From positions 160,001 through 224,000 of the forward strand of contig CAWJTV010000001.1 in assembly GCA_963845755.1 (NCBI GenBank): a DNA stretch of 64,000 bases. Direction: 5' to 3'. The notes under the pieces are model-generated. The model worked only from the letters and a program-made list of their open reading frames with translations, ran no database searches and was not told the origin of the DNA. Source of the stretch: an uncultured Planctomycetota bacterium. Lineage in GTDB: Bacteria > Planctomycetota > Planctomycetia > Isosphaerales > Isosphaeraceae. Position numbers and translations under genes: made by a program. This document shows, in pieces, positions 36,551-47,351 of this stretch. The stretch's first letter is position 1. The number at the start of each line of letters is the position of its first letter.

Positions 36551-36760
36551 ACCCTTTCAGCCGAGGTTCTGCGGCCTGAAGGGCTGCGGGAACCCAGCCC
36601 AGGGTGAAACCCTGGGATTCGTGCACTTCGCGCCTTCCTCGTGCACCCTGAAGGGGTGCCGGACGTCTCCTGCGGCCCTTCAGGCCGCCGGAGCTGGGGG
36701 CTGGCTTGCCGCGGACCCCGGGTTTCACCCGGGGCCTGGCTCCTGCGGCCCTTGGACCGC
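36551..36760. repeat. REP-like palindrome cluster
   Basis: GCGGCCTGAAGGGCTGC, CCCAGGGTGAAACCCTGGG, CACCCTGAAGGGGTG, GCGGCCCTTCAGGCCGC, CCCCGGGTTTCACCCGGGG in inverted arrangement. Confidence 0.65.
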
Positions 36761-36829
36761 TGACGAAACAACTTCCCGAAAACCCGCTGGTAAGTACGAG
36801 TCTGTCCTGGAAGCCTCAATGGCCGTCTC

Positions 36830-36895
36830 GTAGGGTGCTCTGTGAGCACCGAATTCGGCAAAGTACACCGGATCGGTGCTCACAGAGCACCCTAC
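36830..36895. repeat. GTAG-type REP inverted doublet
   Basis: Perfect 23-bp IR GTAGGGTGCTCTGTGAGCACCGA...TCGGTGCTCACAGAGCACCCTAC. Confidence 0.8.
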
Positions 36896-37227
36896 AAAGA
36901 CCTTCCGAGATAGTCACTAAGTACCTCCGGAATCCGGGAAGTTATTTCGTCGGCATTCCTAGGGCCGCCGCCGGACGTCGCCCCCCCCGGGCTGCGGCGA
37001 GTTCGATCGCTCGCGCGGGCGCATGCGCAATGCAATCGTTACGCGCTCTAAATCAATCCACGCAAAGGGAAAAGCGGGGATCGGCGGACGGAGCTACAAA
37101 ATGCTCGGCGGATTCGTGTCGTTGTAAAAGCCGGCTTCGTCCGGCGACTCTTCGATGGGCTTTCCTCATGGCGTGGACCTCTTAGCCGCCACCGGCGTCC
37201 TCATCCCTGGCGGACGTGTCGATGAGT

Positions 37228-37259
37228 CAAATCCCCCCGCCCCGCGAGGGGCAGGGGGG
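37228..37259 (-). terminator. Putative terminator hairpin
   Basis: CCCCCCTGCCCC-TCGC-GGGGCGGGGGG followed by ATTTG, downstream of 37313. Confidence 0.5.
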
Positions 37260-37312
37260 CGTGCGGATCGAACGAAGAGCCGGGAAAACCCGTCGCATCC
37301 CGTTTGCTTGCC

Positions 37313-39234
37313 TCAGGGCGTGATACTCACCGCTTTCGGAGAGATAGTGAACACGGTATTTCCTCCCAGCAGCGCGCCGAAAGCGCTACTGACCCCGCCC
37401 GCAGTAATCGTGACCCGGCCTCCCTTTGCAAATGTCTTCTGGGTGGCGTTCGTCGCCAGTGTGACGATCGTATTCGTCGGGTCGTTGGTCGCCGACACGA
37501 CGGCGATTGGATGCAATATCGTCTGAGGGGGCTTCTTCCTGACCTTCTTCGTGGACGTCCAATCCACCTGATAGTTGTTCACGTTGTCGGCAGTCCCCGA
37601 ATTCATCGCCGTACTATACTGGAATACGATCTCGACAACCGGTTTGCCGATCGGCTTGCCCTTCTTGTTGTGCCTAAGATGGACCATCTCGATCCGCTCC
37701 GAGATGATCGTTGGCGTCGGCGGCGGCGTGGGTGTTGGCGTCGGTGTCGGTGTCGGTGTGGGTGTTGGCGTCGGTGTCGGTGTGGGTGTTGGCGTCGGCG
37801 TCGGTGTGGGTGTTGGCGTCGGCGTCGGTGTCGGTGTGGGTGTCGGTGTCGGTGTGGCCTGCCATTGCCACATTCCCGTCGTGTCCGTGGCGGAGTAGTC
37901 GGTGAACGAGAGCGAAGAACCCACGGGTACAAAGTTCGCGAAGTTGTTGATCTGGCCGGTATTGAACTCGCTCGCGTTCGTGTCCATCACAGTCCCGGCA
38001 GCGGTCCCGTTGCTCTGCCATAGCTGGAACCCGCTGGCGCCCGTGTAGGCGGTGAAGTACAGCGTCCCATTCGCGTTGACCAGGTTGCCCACGTCGGCGG
38101 TCAACGCACCGTTGATGTCGGCCACCATCGCCGTCCCGGCGGCGGTCCCGTTGCTCGACCACAACTGGTCGCCGTGCACACCGTCATTCCCCTCGAAGAA
38201 CAGCGTGCTGCCCACGACTGTCAGGTTGGTGGGGTTCAGCCCACCACCACCCGCGTTCGCGCTGGTCAGCATCGTCGCGGCGCCGGAGTGGTCCCCGTGA
38301 ACGACCACAACTGCTCCCCATGCGTCCCGTCGTTGGCGATGAAAGAAAGCGTGCTGCCGATGGCCGTCAGGTCTTGCGGGTTCAGGCCCACTCCGGTTTG
38401 GCCGCCGCTGGTCAGCCGTATGGTCCCACCGGCCGTCCCATCGCTCGACCACAACTGGAAGTTGTTGGTTGCGTCGAAGCCGTTGAAATAGAGCGTATTC
38501 CCCACCGCCGTCAGGAACTGCGGGGCCGTGCCGCCGCTGGCTGCATTGCCACTGGTGAGCATCGTCGTCCCGCCGGCAGTCCCGTTGGTCACCCACAATT
38601 GCCCGCCGGAACCGGCACTACTCGCCTCGAAGAAAAGCAGGCCGTTGGCGACGGTGAGGTCGTTGGGACTCGCCCCGGTGGAGCCGTTGATGTCGGCGAC
38701 TATCGAGGTGCCGGCGGCGGTGCCGTCGCTCTTCCAGACCTGGGCCCCGTGGGCGCTATCGGTGGCGACGAAGAAGAGGGTGTTTCCCTCGACGGTGAGG
38801 TCGCCGGGATTCGCCCCGGCGGTGCCGTTGATGTCGGCGACCATCGAGGTGCCGGCGGCGGTGCCGTCGCTCTTCCAGACCTGGGCCCCGTGGGCGCTAT
38901 CGGTGGCGACGAAGAAGAGGGTGTTTCCGTCGACGGTGAGGTCGCCGGGACTCGCCCCGGCGGTGCCGTTGATGTCAGCGACCATCGTGGTGCCGGCGGT
39001 GGTGCCATTGCTCTTCCAGAGCTGGGTGCCGTCGGCGCTATCGGTGGCCGCGAAGTACATGACGCCGTTCATCGTAACCGGCTGAGACGGCTTAGGTAAC
39101 GTGGCGTTGAAGGGGATGGATACCAGAGAAGATAAGAGCATCCGGCCCTCGATATCCTCGACCAACGGCCGGACACGATGCTTCCTCCGGGATGCGGACT
39201 TCGAAGAAAGACGACGTTTCCGCCGCGAGGACAT
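37313..39234 (-). CDS. Third ELWxxDGT-type repeat protein with PT linker and basic C-terminal domain (frameshift near 38295)
   Basis: MSSRRKRR..VEDIEGRMLLS; QLW/QVWKSDGT repeats; (PT)n at 37712-37857. Confidence 0.85.
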
Positions 39235-40239
39235 GGAGTGCGGTTCCGGCCCGGCCGGAATGGCGGGGGACTCGAGTTCGGCATGATGGCCATCAGCCGA
39301 CAGCGGCGAGGATTCGGTGCCAGCGAACCCATGGCGCGACTCCGAGACCGGCCGACGACGGCTCCGGTTTCTCGCCTCCATGCCCGACCGCAAGTCTGCC
39401 AGGTTGCTGGGAACGTGTTGAGGATGCTCCATGTCTGCTCTCTCTGTTCCGAAAGGTCAAAAAACCTCGCCGCCCTGATCGAATCATGACGACTCGGGAG
39501 TTCCGATTCCGACAGTAGTGACCACATGCCCCCCCTGGCCTTTTCCCAGAACGGGCAAAACGTCTTGCTACGAATCCGTTGTCGAGGGCATGGGGGGAAA
39601 GTGGTAGCGAACGATAGCCTCTGATTGGTAGAGACTAGCACATCAGGTTCACCCCTGTCATGGATCAATCTCCCGAACCCCGACGATACTGATGCTTTTT
39701 GTCAACATGGGTCATCCTCAGCAACCCTCACAGAAAAGATGGATTGAGCAGTTATAGCGATTTATCTGTATAGACCGTCTCCAAACGTGAGTGGACTTCA
39801 TCGAAACCGCCAATTCCTACCATCGCTCCGCGCAAACATGGTACCCTCAATGAGGGTTGCTCTTGGACTTGGAGAACGTCCCGGTGAGACCATTTCCAAG
39901 TCAAAATAGAATGAGCCTAAAGGGTTGCTGAGAAAGGAGTAATACTCCGCTCCATCTCTTGAATTCGTCATACTGAGTCGAGGCTTTCACAACTTAGCAA
40001 CCGTTCACGCCTCGTTACAACCCTCTCAAGGGGTGACATTCCTGTATATCTCACTACCCTCTAATCCCGCAGAACCTTTCTCGATGCCTCGATGATCGGC
40101 TCTCGAAGGCCCATTATAAGAGGATGGTTGATTGCAATCAATAGAGTAGTACAAGAATTCGTGACCGAAGGGACTGCCCTGTCATCCCCCTCGAGCGGGT
40201 CGTTCAGGGAGTCCCGCCCCGAGACCTCGAACCTGAGGT

Positions 40240-40345
40240 AGTCGTCTTTGTCAAAGTGATCCTGACAACACCCGAAGACATTCCCACGCATGTCGTGGAG
40301 CCCCAATAGGTTGGGCCGTTTCACGCCGACGGGATCCGTGACGAC
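40240..40345 (-). pseudogene. Degenerate formylglycine-generating enzyme (SUMF1/FGE) domain fragment
   Basis: TDPVGVKRPNLLGLHDMRGNVFGCCQD is an eroded version of the PVG..PN.FGLYDM.GNVWEWC.D motif. Confidence 0.7.
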
Positions 40346-40466
40346 TGGCCTCTTGACCGGCCGCGGGTGCCACCTTAGCATCGAACCGCCTCGAATCGAT
40401 GGCCGTCGGGCGGGCCTCTGTGGCTACCGAACCTTCGGGTGAGTCGTGCCTCGGGAGACGCGAGGG

Positions 40467-40832
40467 ATGCCAGAGCTGATCCCACAACCGAGTCGAGTTG
40501 AGGCCGCGGGCAACAAGCCCAAGCGGATCGACGAGTTTTTCGGCCGGGTGAACTCGGGGCATACGGAGCTGAGCATCGCGCGGATGCGAAGTCCCGGCGG
40601 CTGGGTCGAGCCGGGTCAGACTCCCGATTTCGACGAGTACACCGTGGTGCTCGCGGGCCTGCTCCGGGTCGAACATTGTGGTGGGCTGATCGACGTCCGG
40701 GCCGGGCAAGCGGTCGTCGTCCGCCGTGGGGAATGGGTGCGCTACAGCACGCCCGAGCCGGACGGCGCCGAGTACATCGCCGTCTGTCTCCCCGCGTTCT
40801 CCTTAGATGGAGCACGACGCGATTCCGACTAG
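40467..40832 (+). CDS. Cupin-domain protein
   Basis: KRIDEFFGRVNSG..SPGGWVEPGQTPDFDEYTVVL..GEWVRYSTP..YIAVCLPAFS. Confidence 0.8.
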   Translation: MPELIPQPSRVEAAGNKPKRIDEFFGRVNSGHTELSIARMRSPGGWVEPGQTPDFDEYTVVLAGLLRVEHCGGLIDVRAGQAVVVRRGEWVRYSTPEPDGAEYIAVCLPAFSLDGARRDSD

Positions 40833-40865
40833 CGGGCCCGGCAATAAGCGCTCTGAGAGCGCGGG

Positions 40866-41777
40866 ATGGCGATCGTGGAACAAGACGACTCTATGAAGGG
40901 GAAGGTCTGTCTGGTGACCGGTGCCACATCGGGCATCGGCGAGATCACGGCGCGCGAGCTGGCCCGGCGCGGGGCCGAGGTTCTCATCGTCGGACGATCC
41001 TCCGAGCGTTGTGCCGCGACGCGCGAGCGGATCCGCACCGAGACCGGTACGGCGGCCGTCGATTCGCTGATCGCCGACCTATCGATCCAGGCCGACGTCC
41101 GGCGGCTGGCCGGCCAGGTCCGGGAGCGTTGCCCACGATTGGATGTGCTGGTTAATAATGCCGGCGGCATGTACTTGACACGCCGCGAGAGCATCGATGA
41201 TATCGAAATGACTTTCGCACTCAATCATCTTTCCTATTTTCTTCTGACAAACTTGTTGCTCCCACTGATCAAGCAAAGTGCGCCTGCTCGAATCGTCAAT
41301 GTGGCCTCCGACGCACATCAGGGGGGCCTGATCGACTTCGACGATCTTCAGCGACGGAAAAGCTACAGCGGCTGGGGGGCCTACAAGCAATCCAAACTGG
41401 CGAACATCCTGTTCACCTACGAGCTGTCGCGACAACTCGAGGGCTCCGGCGTAACCGCGAACACGCTCCACCCCGGCTTCGTGCGGACGAACTTCTTCCA
41501 GGATTGGGGGGGATGGGTCGGATTCATCACCAAGGTCGGGGCCTCGATGATCGCCCTCACACCCGAGCAAGGGGCACGGACCTCGATCTACCTGGCATCG
41601 TCGCCCGAAGTTAGGGACGTCACGGGGCAATACTTCGTCAAGGAAAAACCGGCGCGGTCGTCGAAGCGATCGCACGACCGGACCGTGGCGCAGCGGCTCT
41701 GGCAGATCAGCGAGGAGCTGACCGGGATTTCGGCGGACGGACGGGCCGAGTCCGGCGCGGCCGGCCCTTCAATCTGA
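40866..41777 (+). CDS. SDR family oxidoreductase (retinol dehydrogenase-like)
   Basis: TGATSGIG, NNAG, YKQSK catalytic YxxxK, HPGFVRT. Confidence 0.92.
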   Translation: MAIVEQDDSMKGKVCLVTGATSGIGEITARELARRGAEVLIVGRSSERCAATRERIRTETGTAAVDSLIADLSIQADVRRLAGQVRERCPRLDVLVNNAGGMYLTRRESIDDIEMTFALNHLSYFLLTNLLLPLIKQSAPARIVNVASDAHQGGLIDFDDLQRRKSYSGWGAYKQSKLANILFTYELSRQLEGSGVTANTLHPGFVRTNFFQDWGGWVGFITKVGASMIALTPEQGARTSIYLASSPEVRDVTGQYFVKEKPARSSKRSHDRTVAQRLWQISEELTGISADGRAESGAAGPSI

Positions 41778-41780
41778 GCG

Positions 41781-42284
41781 TCACACCGATTGGCCATGCA
41801 ACCGTTTGAGGAGCTGGATCTGCCCCGCGTGGTAGACGTCGTGCAGGGCGATGCCGTAGAGCAGGCTGGCGAACGGGACCTTGCCGCCCAGAGGGACGTC
41901 GTGGAGTCGCTCGACCGGGAACGCGGCGATCTCGGCCCGAAGTAGCCGATGTTCCGTCTCGAGCAGCGCCAGGAACTCTTGCCAGCGCGACTGGCCCAGT
42001 GGCGAGTGGATGGCGAACCAGTTGCTCCCTTTAAGGGCGAAGGATCCACGTTTGTCGCCGCGGAGCCGCCGTCGAATCGCGTATTTCCAGTAAGCACAAT
42101 GGACGACGTGCTCGGCGATCGAGTGCCGGCTCGGATGTGGCCGCCATTGTGCTTCCTCGGCTGAAAGCCGACGGATCGCCCCCTTGAGGTTGGGACCGTG
42201 CCAGGCTTTCCTGTCGTAGCTCTCGTCGAGGATCCCCACCAAGAGTGCGACCGTGCCCGACCTCGGAGTTTCCTGCGCTTTCAT
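41781..42284 (-). CDS. DinB family protein
   Basis: AWHGPNL..HSIAEHVVHCAYW..HDVYHAGQI. Confidence 0.82.
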   Translation of the reverse strand: MKAQETPRSGTVALLVGILDESYDRKAWHGPNLKGAIRRLSAEEAQWRPHPSRHSIAEHVVHCAYWKYAIRRRLRGDKRGSFALKGSNWFAIHSPLGQSRWQEFLALLETEHRLLRAEIAAFPVERLHDVPLGGKVPFASLLYGIALHDVYHAGQIQLLKRLHGQSV

Positions 42285-42980
42285 CTTCGGCGTTCCCTTC
42301 ATTAACTTGCCGCTTGGAACCGTATGCTGGAGACGGCCGTCCCCGCGCTGCCCCTCGTCCGCTGCATTTTCGGCTCGGAGGGATTGCAAGGAGAATACGA
42401 GAACGAATTGTTCCTCAAGAATGAGGAGGAACGCTTGCATTGACGGATCGGATGAGATTCTCCGCATCGAAGTTGATTCGAGAAACTCTCCCGCACAATC
42501 CGGGCGTTCGTTGTAAACCTTTCCGCCATACCCGGCCGATAAACCTTCCATGATGACGACGCGGCGGGCTCCCCCTTGATCCCCTCGGTTCGAAGGAGGC
42601 TGCCGGAGAAGTCAAGGCCCGTCCTCGGCCCTGCGATCGCGATCAATTCGACGATCGCAATCAAGAGCGGCCATTTTTCCCCAAGGGGGCGCTCTTTCGA
42701 TCGGCCGCGGACTTGCTGAGTCCCCTGTCTTATCGCTCGCTTGCTGGCTCCTGGACACCGCACGACGGGCGTAATCGCCGGCGAAGAGCGGCGCAAGAGA
42801 GTGAAGGGGGGGATGCTGTTTCCTGCATTGTCGCTCAACTGAGAATCCTCGCGCCAACCGCGCATTTCGGATCATCCAGTTCACCCTGATTAGCCGATCA
42901 ATCGCTAGGATCCGGCTCTGCGGGAGCGGTCGATACCGTGATCGCGCCACGGAACCCGTACAGGAAGGGGAGTGTGTAGG

Positions 42981-44687
42981 ATGAAACGATCCGCCGCGCC
43001 AGTGATGCTCATCATGGCGTTGCTGTTCTCCGGTGCCGAGCCTGCCCGGTGCGGGGCTCAGCAGCCGTCATCGGCCATGCCATCGTCGAACCAGCCGCCC
43101 ATGACCGTACCGTCGCAAGCCCAGCCGGGCCGATCGACCGCGCCGAGTACGGCCCTTCCTGGCTCTGTGCCCTCGGTGGCGCCCCTTCAACCGCCGGGCG
43201 AAGGGGCCATGCCGTCGGCCACGGCCCTGGCGCCCGGGGCTGGGGACCTGTCCTTGAAGCTCAAGCCCGCGCCGCTGGACTCGACCGATTTCCGTTTTCC
43301 GATCAATCTCGCCACGGCCTTACGACTCTCCGACGCGCGTCCCCTGATCGTGGCGGCCGCGCAGGCCAGCGTGTGGGTGGCCGAGGCGAAACTGACACGG
43401 GCCAAGGTCCTCTGGGTCCCTCAGCTCAATCTCGGTGCCGATTATATCCGGCACGACGGTGGCGGCCCCGACTTTAACAAGGGCATCATGACCGCGCCGA
43501 GCGTGAACTTCTTCTACGGCGGTGGTGGCATGTGGCAGAACGTCGCCATGACGGATGCCATCTTCCAGCCCCTGGTCGCGCGGCAAGTGCTGAGGTCCCG
43601 TCAGTTCGACATCCAGACCGCGAAGAACGACTCCTTGTTCATGACCGCTAAAGCCTACTTCAGCGTGCACGAGTCTCGGGGGATGTTCGCCGGCGACCTC
43701 TACTGCGTCGAGCGAGGGCACGACCTGATCGAGCGGATCGCCCAATTGAGCCACGAACTGGTCCCCGCGGTCGAAGTGGATCGGGCCAGGAACCTGGTGG
43801 CCGACATCGAGCAGAAGGCCACCATGTCGCGCCAGCGGTGGCGCGAGCACAGCGCCGACCTCACCCAGGTTCTGCGACTGGATCCCCGCGCCGTGGTCGT
43901 CCCGCTGGAGTCCGATCATCTCCAGCTCACCTTGATCGACCCGGCCAGGACGCTCGACGACCTGATCCCCGTCGCTCTCACCAATCGCCCCGAGCTCGCC
44001 GCTCACCAGGCGATGGTCCAGGCGGTGGCGTCGGCGATCCGCCGCGAACGAGGGCGACTCCTGCTCCCCAGCGTCCTGATCAACGGCTTCCAGACCCCCT
44101 ATGAAATGATCCAGGCCGGGATCTTCGGCCTGGGCCCCAACAACCTCATGAACCAGTGGACCGGCCGTATGGACCTGAGCTATCAGGCACTCTGGGAACT
44201 GGAAGCCTTCGGGATCGGCAATCTGGCCCGGATCAAGGAGCAACGTGGTGAACAATCGAAAACCATCATCGAGCTCTTCCAGACCCAGGACCACGTGGCC
44301 GCGGACGTCACCCGCTCCATGGCGCGTCTCCAGTCGGCGACCGCGCGAGTCAGCCAGGCCGATCGCGCCTTGCGCACCGCCATCATCACCTTCAACGGCA
44401 ACTTCGAGGGCCTGAGACACACCACGCGATTTGGCGACGTGCTGGTCCTGGTCAACCGGCCTCAGGAAGTGGTCTTCGCCCTCCAGTTGATGCAGATCGC
44501 CTTCTACGAATACTTCTCCACGGTCGCCGACTATAACCGGGCCCAGTTCGAGGTGTTCCACGCGCTGGGCTACCCTGCCCAGGAAATCACCTATCTCCGG
44601 CCCCCCGGCGACATCCAGCCGGTAGACCTCGCGCGGCCGACCTACCTGCCGGTAGTGGGGAATGGGCCGCCTCCGGCAACTCGTTAG
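42981..44687 (+). CDS. TolC-family outer membrane efflux protein
   Basis: Signal peptide, PINLATALRL, ALTNRPEL, duplicated OEP helical halves, YNRAQF. Confidence 0.85.
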   Translation: MKRSAAPVMLIMALLFSGAEPARCGAQQPSSAMPSSNQPPMTVPSQAQPGRSTAPSTALPGSVPSVAPLQPPGEGAMPSATALAPGAGDLSLKLKPAPLDSTDFRFPINLATALRLSDARPLIVAAAQASVWVAEAKLTRAKVLWVPQLNLGADYIRHDGGGPDFNKGIMTAPSVNFFYGGGGMWQNVAMTDAIFQPLVARQVLRSRQFDIQTAKNDSLFMTAKAYFSVHESRGMFAGDLYCVERGHDLIERIAQLSHELVPAVEVDRARNLVADIEQKATMSRQRWREHSADLTQVLRLDPRAVVVPLESDHLQLTLIDPARTLDDLIPVALTNRPELAAHQAMVQAVASAIRRERGRLLLPSVLINGFQTPYEMIQAGIFGLGPNNLMNQWTGRMDLSYQALWELEAFGIGNLARIKEQRGEQSKTIIELFQTQDHVAADVTRSMARLQSATARVSQADRALRTAIITFNGNFEGLRHTTRFGDVLVLVNRPQEVVFALQLMQIAFYEYFSTVADYNRAQFEVFHALGYPAQEITYLRPPGDIQPVDLARPTYLPVVGNGPPPATR

Positions 44688-44983
44688 CGCATCCGCCGCT
44701 TCGACTCGGGTGAAGAAGTCCGAATGCGCCTTTCGCACGCAACCCATGCAAGGGGGATCCCGAATCCCCCAATTCTCCCTCTCGACCCGATCGCCACTGC
44801 CCCCGCAGATGAGATAAGCGATTCATGCCGAACGTCATCTGACCACTCGATCGCGCGCAGCTTGCGAATCGTCGGTTAGACTTAGTGGGGCCGGTCCACG
44901 GCCCGAGATGACGGTCGAGCGGAACCCTGAGCGGACAGCACGCCAGGGTCCATGTGATCGCAACTCTTTAAGGGGGCACACGG

Positions 44984-46045
44984 ATGTTTTCGCGGATGCG
45001 GCACAGTGGCGGAGTCCCATTGACGGCGCTGGTCTTGGGTGTGAGTTCCTGGATCTTCACCAGTTCATCGGCGATAGCCCAAGTAGGAGTTTCCCAAGGT
45101 GATGGCGTTCCCGCCACCGCGTTGGCGGTGACGGGGATCCCGACCGCGCTGCGGGACGATTGGTCCGGCGGCCCAGTCCGATGGAACCCATACGACCCTC
45201 CCGCCACCGGCTACGCGGGGATGGGTGACAGTGTGATCCACTCGTGGCTCTGGGAGCAAGGCGTCGCGTTCGACTACGCGCGGCACCATGCCGTGGGCCC
45301 CGGCTCCCTCGGCTATGCCACCTCGGGCAACGGCGAGTTCGGCGTCTACCCGGGCTTCCATGGCTTTGGCATGTCGTTCAGTCGGGGTTACGGATACGGC
45401 GGCGATGGCCTGGGCGTCGGCGCCAATGGCGGCTATCCGTATTACGGCGGCCCTGGCTATCCTCGTGGCGGCTACTGCTACCCTGGCCCGATGTTTGCCA
45501 GCGAGGGCCCCTTCGGGCCATTCACCGGCCCTCCGCCTTATCCGGAAGCGTACTTCGCCCCCTACACCGCCGCCGCCGCGACGACCGGTTCGGCCAGTGG
45601 CACCGCGCCGTTCGATCCGTTCAGCACGCCTTCCATCGAGGGCGCGCTCCCTCCGTCGGCCTCCTTGGCGCCGGGGCCGAACCCGATTTCCACGGTCCCC
45701 GCGCACTACCGCCTGGGGATCCAGGACGAGTCGGTCGTCAACCCCGACGGGACCCGCGGCTTGAAAATCACCAGCGTGGTCCCCACATCTCCGGCGGACA
45801 AGGCCGGCCTCCAGGCGGGCGACGTCATCCTTTCGATCAATGGCTTTCACACCGATGTACCCGGGAACCTGGTCTGGATCATCGCCAACGAGGCGCCCAA
45901 TAATCTCCTCACGATGACCGTTCGCAAGGTGGGTGATGGCAAGGAGCATCCCGTCATCGTCCAGCTCCCGCCGGTCCCCGTGGACACGTCCCGGCCGTCC
46001 TACCTTCCCCCGGCCGGCAATGGGCCGCCCCCGCCATCCCGCTGA
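44984..46045 (+). CDS. Exported Gly/Tyr/Pro-rich protein with C-terminal PDZ domain
   Basis: Signal peptide; LGIQ..GLKITSVVPTSPADKAGLQAGDVILSING. Confidence 0.85.
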   Translation: MFSRMRHSGGVPLTALVLGVSSWIFTSSSAIAQVGVSQGDGVPATALAVTGIPTALRDDWSGGPVRWNPYDPPATGYAGMGDSVIHSWLWEQGVAFDYARHHAVGPGSLGYATSGNGEFGVYPGFHGFGMSFSRGYGYGGDGLGVGANGGYPYYGGPGYPRGGYCYPGPMFASEGPFGPFTGPPPYPEAYFAPYTAAAATTGSASGTAPFDPFSTPSIEGALPPSASLAPGPNPISTVPAHYRLGIQDESVVNPDGTRGLKITSVVPTSPADKAGLQAGDVILSINGFHTDVPGNLVWIIANEAPNNLLTMTVRKVGDGKEHPVIVQLPPVPVDTSRPSYLPPAGNGPPPPSR

Positions 46046-46292
46046 GTATCACCAGCGTCTTCTCATGCTGGTATCAGTGAAGAGGATTCTCTTCAATCCG
46101 TTGCGGCAAGATGGGCACGGTTTGCCGATGGTCGCCCCCATTCAAGGGCGTTCGGCAAGCCGTGCCCATCCGGCGTCAGGTCCCGGCTCGACAAGGACGG
46201 AGTTTTCGGCGAGAAGTATTGATTGAACCCCCCCGAATTTCCGACGTAAAGAAAACGAGGGGTTTGTATCTACTCGAGCCAAGGGGCCATCC

Positions 46293-47069
46293 ATGCGCCA
46301 ACGTCCGGTCATGAGATTCCTGCCGGATCTCGAGCGATTTGAGGCGAAGCCATTGCTCAGCGCCGGTCCGATGACATCTCACGTCGCGAGTCTCGCGGCC
46401 GGGTCGAAGGGCTCGGCCCTGGATTCGGCGGAGACTTCGGTCGCCCACCGGGCCGCCGTCAAATCGGCCCATGACGCCGGTACGAGGCGACACGGAACCG
46501 CGGGCATCGGGTACCTCGCGTACCGCATCACAAACCCGACCGGTCGGCCCGTTCACCTGATACCCCCCTTCCAGCAGGTCCTGGTCCAAAATGTCCAACC
46601 GGTTCCCGGCAGGACTTACAACGTGCTCTATATCGCCGTGAGGAACGGGACGGCGAAGACCTTCACGGCCAGTGACGGGTTCACCGTACGAATCCCCGGC
46701 AATAGCGGCGGCCACGCCGTGAAGCAAGAGGGATTTCCGGTCCTGACGGGCAATGAGGTGTGGAAGCCGAATACATGGATGGTCTTCTATGTTCTGAGCA
46801 AGAAGTACTACCCGCTGTCGCCGCAGGTTGGAGCGAGTTTCCAGCTCCAGGCGGACGGCCGGTCATCCACGTTGGTGGCGGGTCCATCGGGAATCTTCCT
46901 CCGGCTCAAATATAATCCGGCCACCTTCGCCAGCACTCTCAACTGGATCGTAGCCTTTAGCCAGGGCGCGCAGTTGGGCAACGGTTCGAGAGTGGGCATG
47001 CCGGACACGGCCATCAATGTGCTCGTCTCGGCAGGGACCAACCGGATCGATTTTGGTGGCCACTTCTGA
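46293..47069 (+). CDS. Secreted hypothetical protein with LExRxLL-like signal (paralog X1)
   Basis: MRQRP..LERFEAKPLLSA; paralogous to 49324-50058; ends RIDFGGHF. Confidence 0.75.
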   Translation: MRQRPVMRFLPDLERFEAKPLLSAGPMTSHVASLAAGSKGSALDSAETSVAHRAAVKSAHDAGTRRHGTAGIGYLAYRITNPTGRPVHLIPPFQQVLVQNVQPVPGRTYNVLYIAVRNGTAKTFTASDGFTVRIPGNSGGHAVKQEGFPVLTGNEVWKPNTWMVFYVLSKKYYPLSPQVGASFQLQADGRSSTLVAGPSGIFLRLKYNPATFASTLNWIVAFSQGAQLGNGSRVGMPDTAINVLVSAGTNRIDFGGHF

Positions 47070-47351
47070 TCGGCCCCTCACGCGGCCAATGAATAATCCA
47101 ACGGCCCGGCCCAGGGCCATCCCCCTGGGACGGGCCGTCATCGTTTTCGCGCGAACGCGAGGCGTGGCAAGGGAGTAAACCAGGGGATGGCGAGTCCTGC
47201 ATTGTCTTCCAATCGAGAATCCTGGGTCGAGTCCGGCATTTCCGATCATCCCGCCCACGACGGTTTGTCGATGAATCCCCAAGAACGCGCTCAACCGGAG
47301 TGGCCGATATGATCGTCGCCGAAGAACCCGTGTTGGAGAGAGGTTTGTACG

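Noticed and set aside
27847..37905. (GV)n, (TDAD)n and His/Arg-repeat ORFs
   Set aside because: Alternative-frame or antisense readings of Pro-Thr linker DNA
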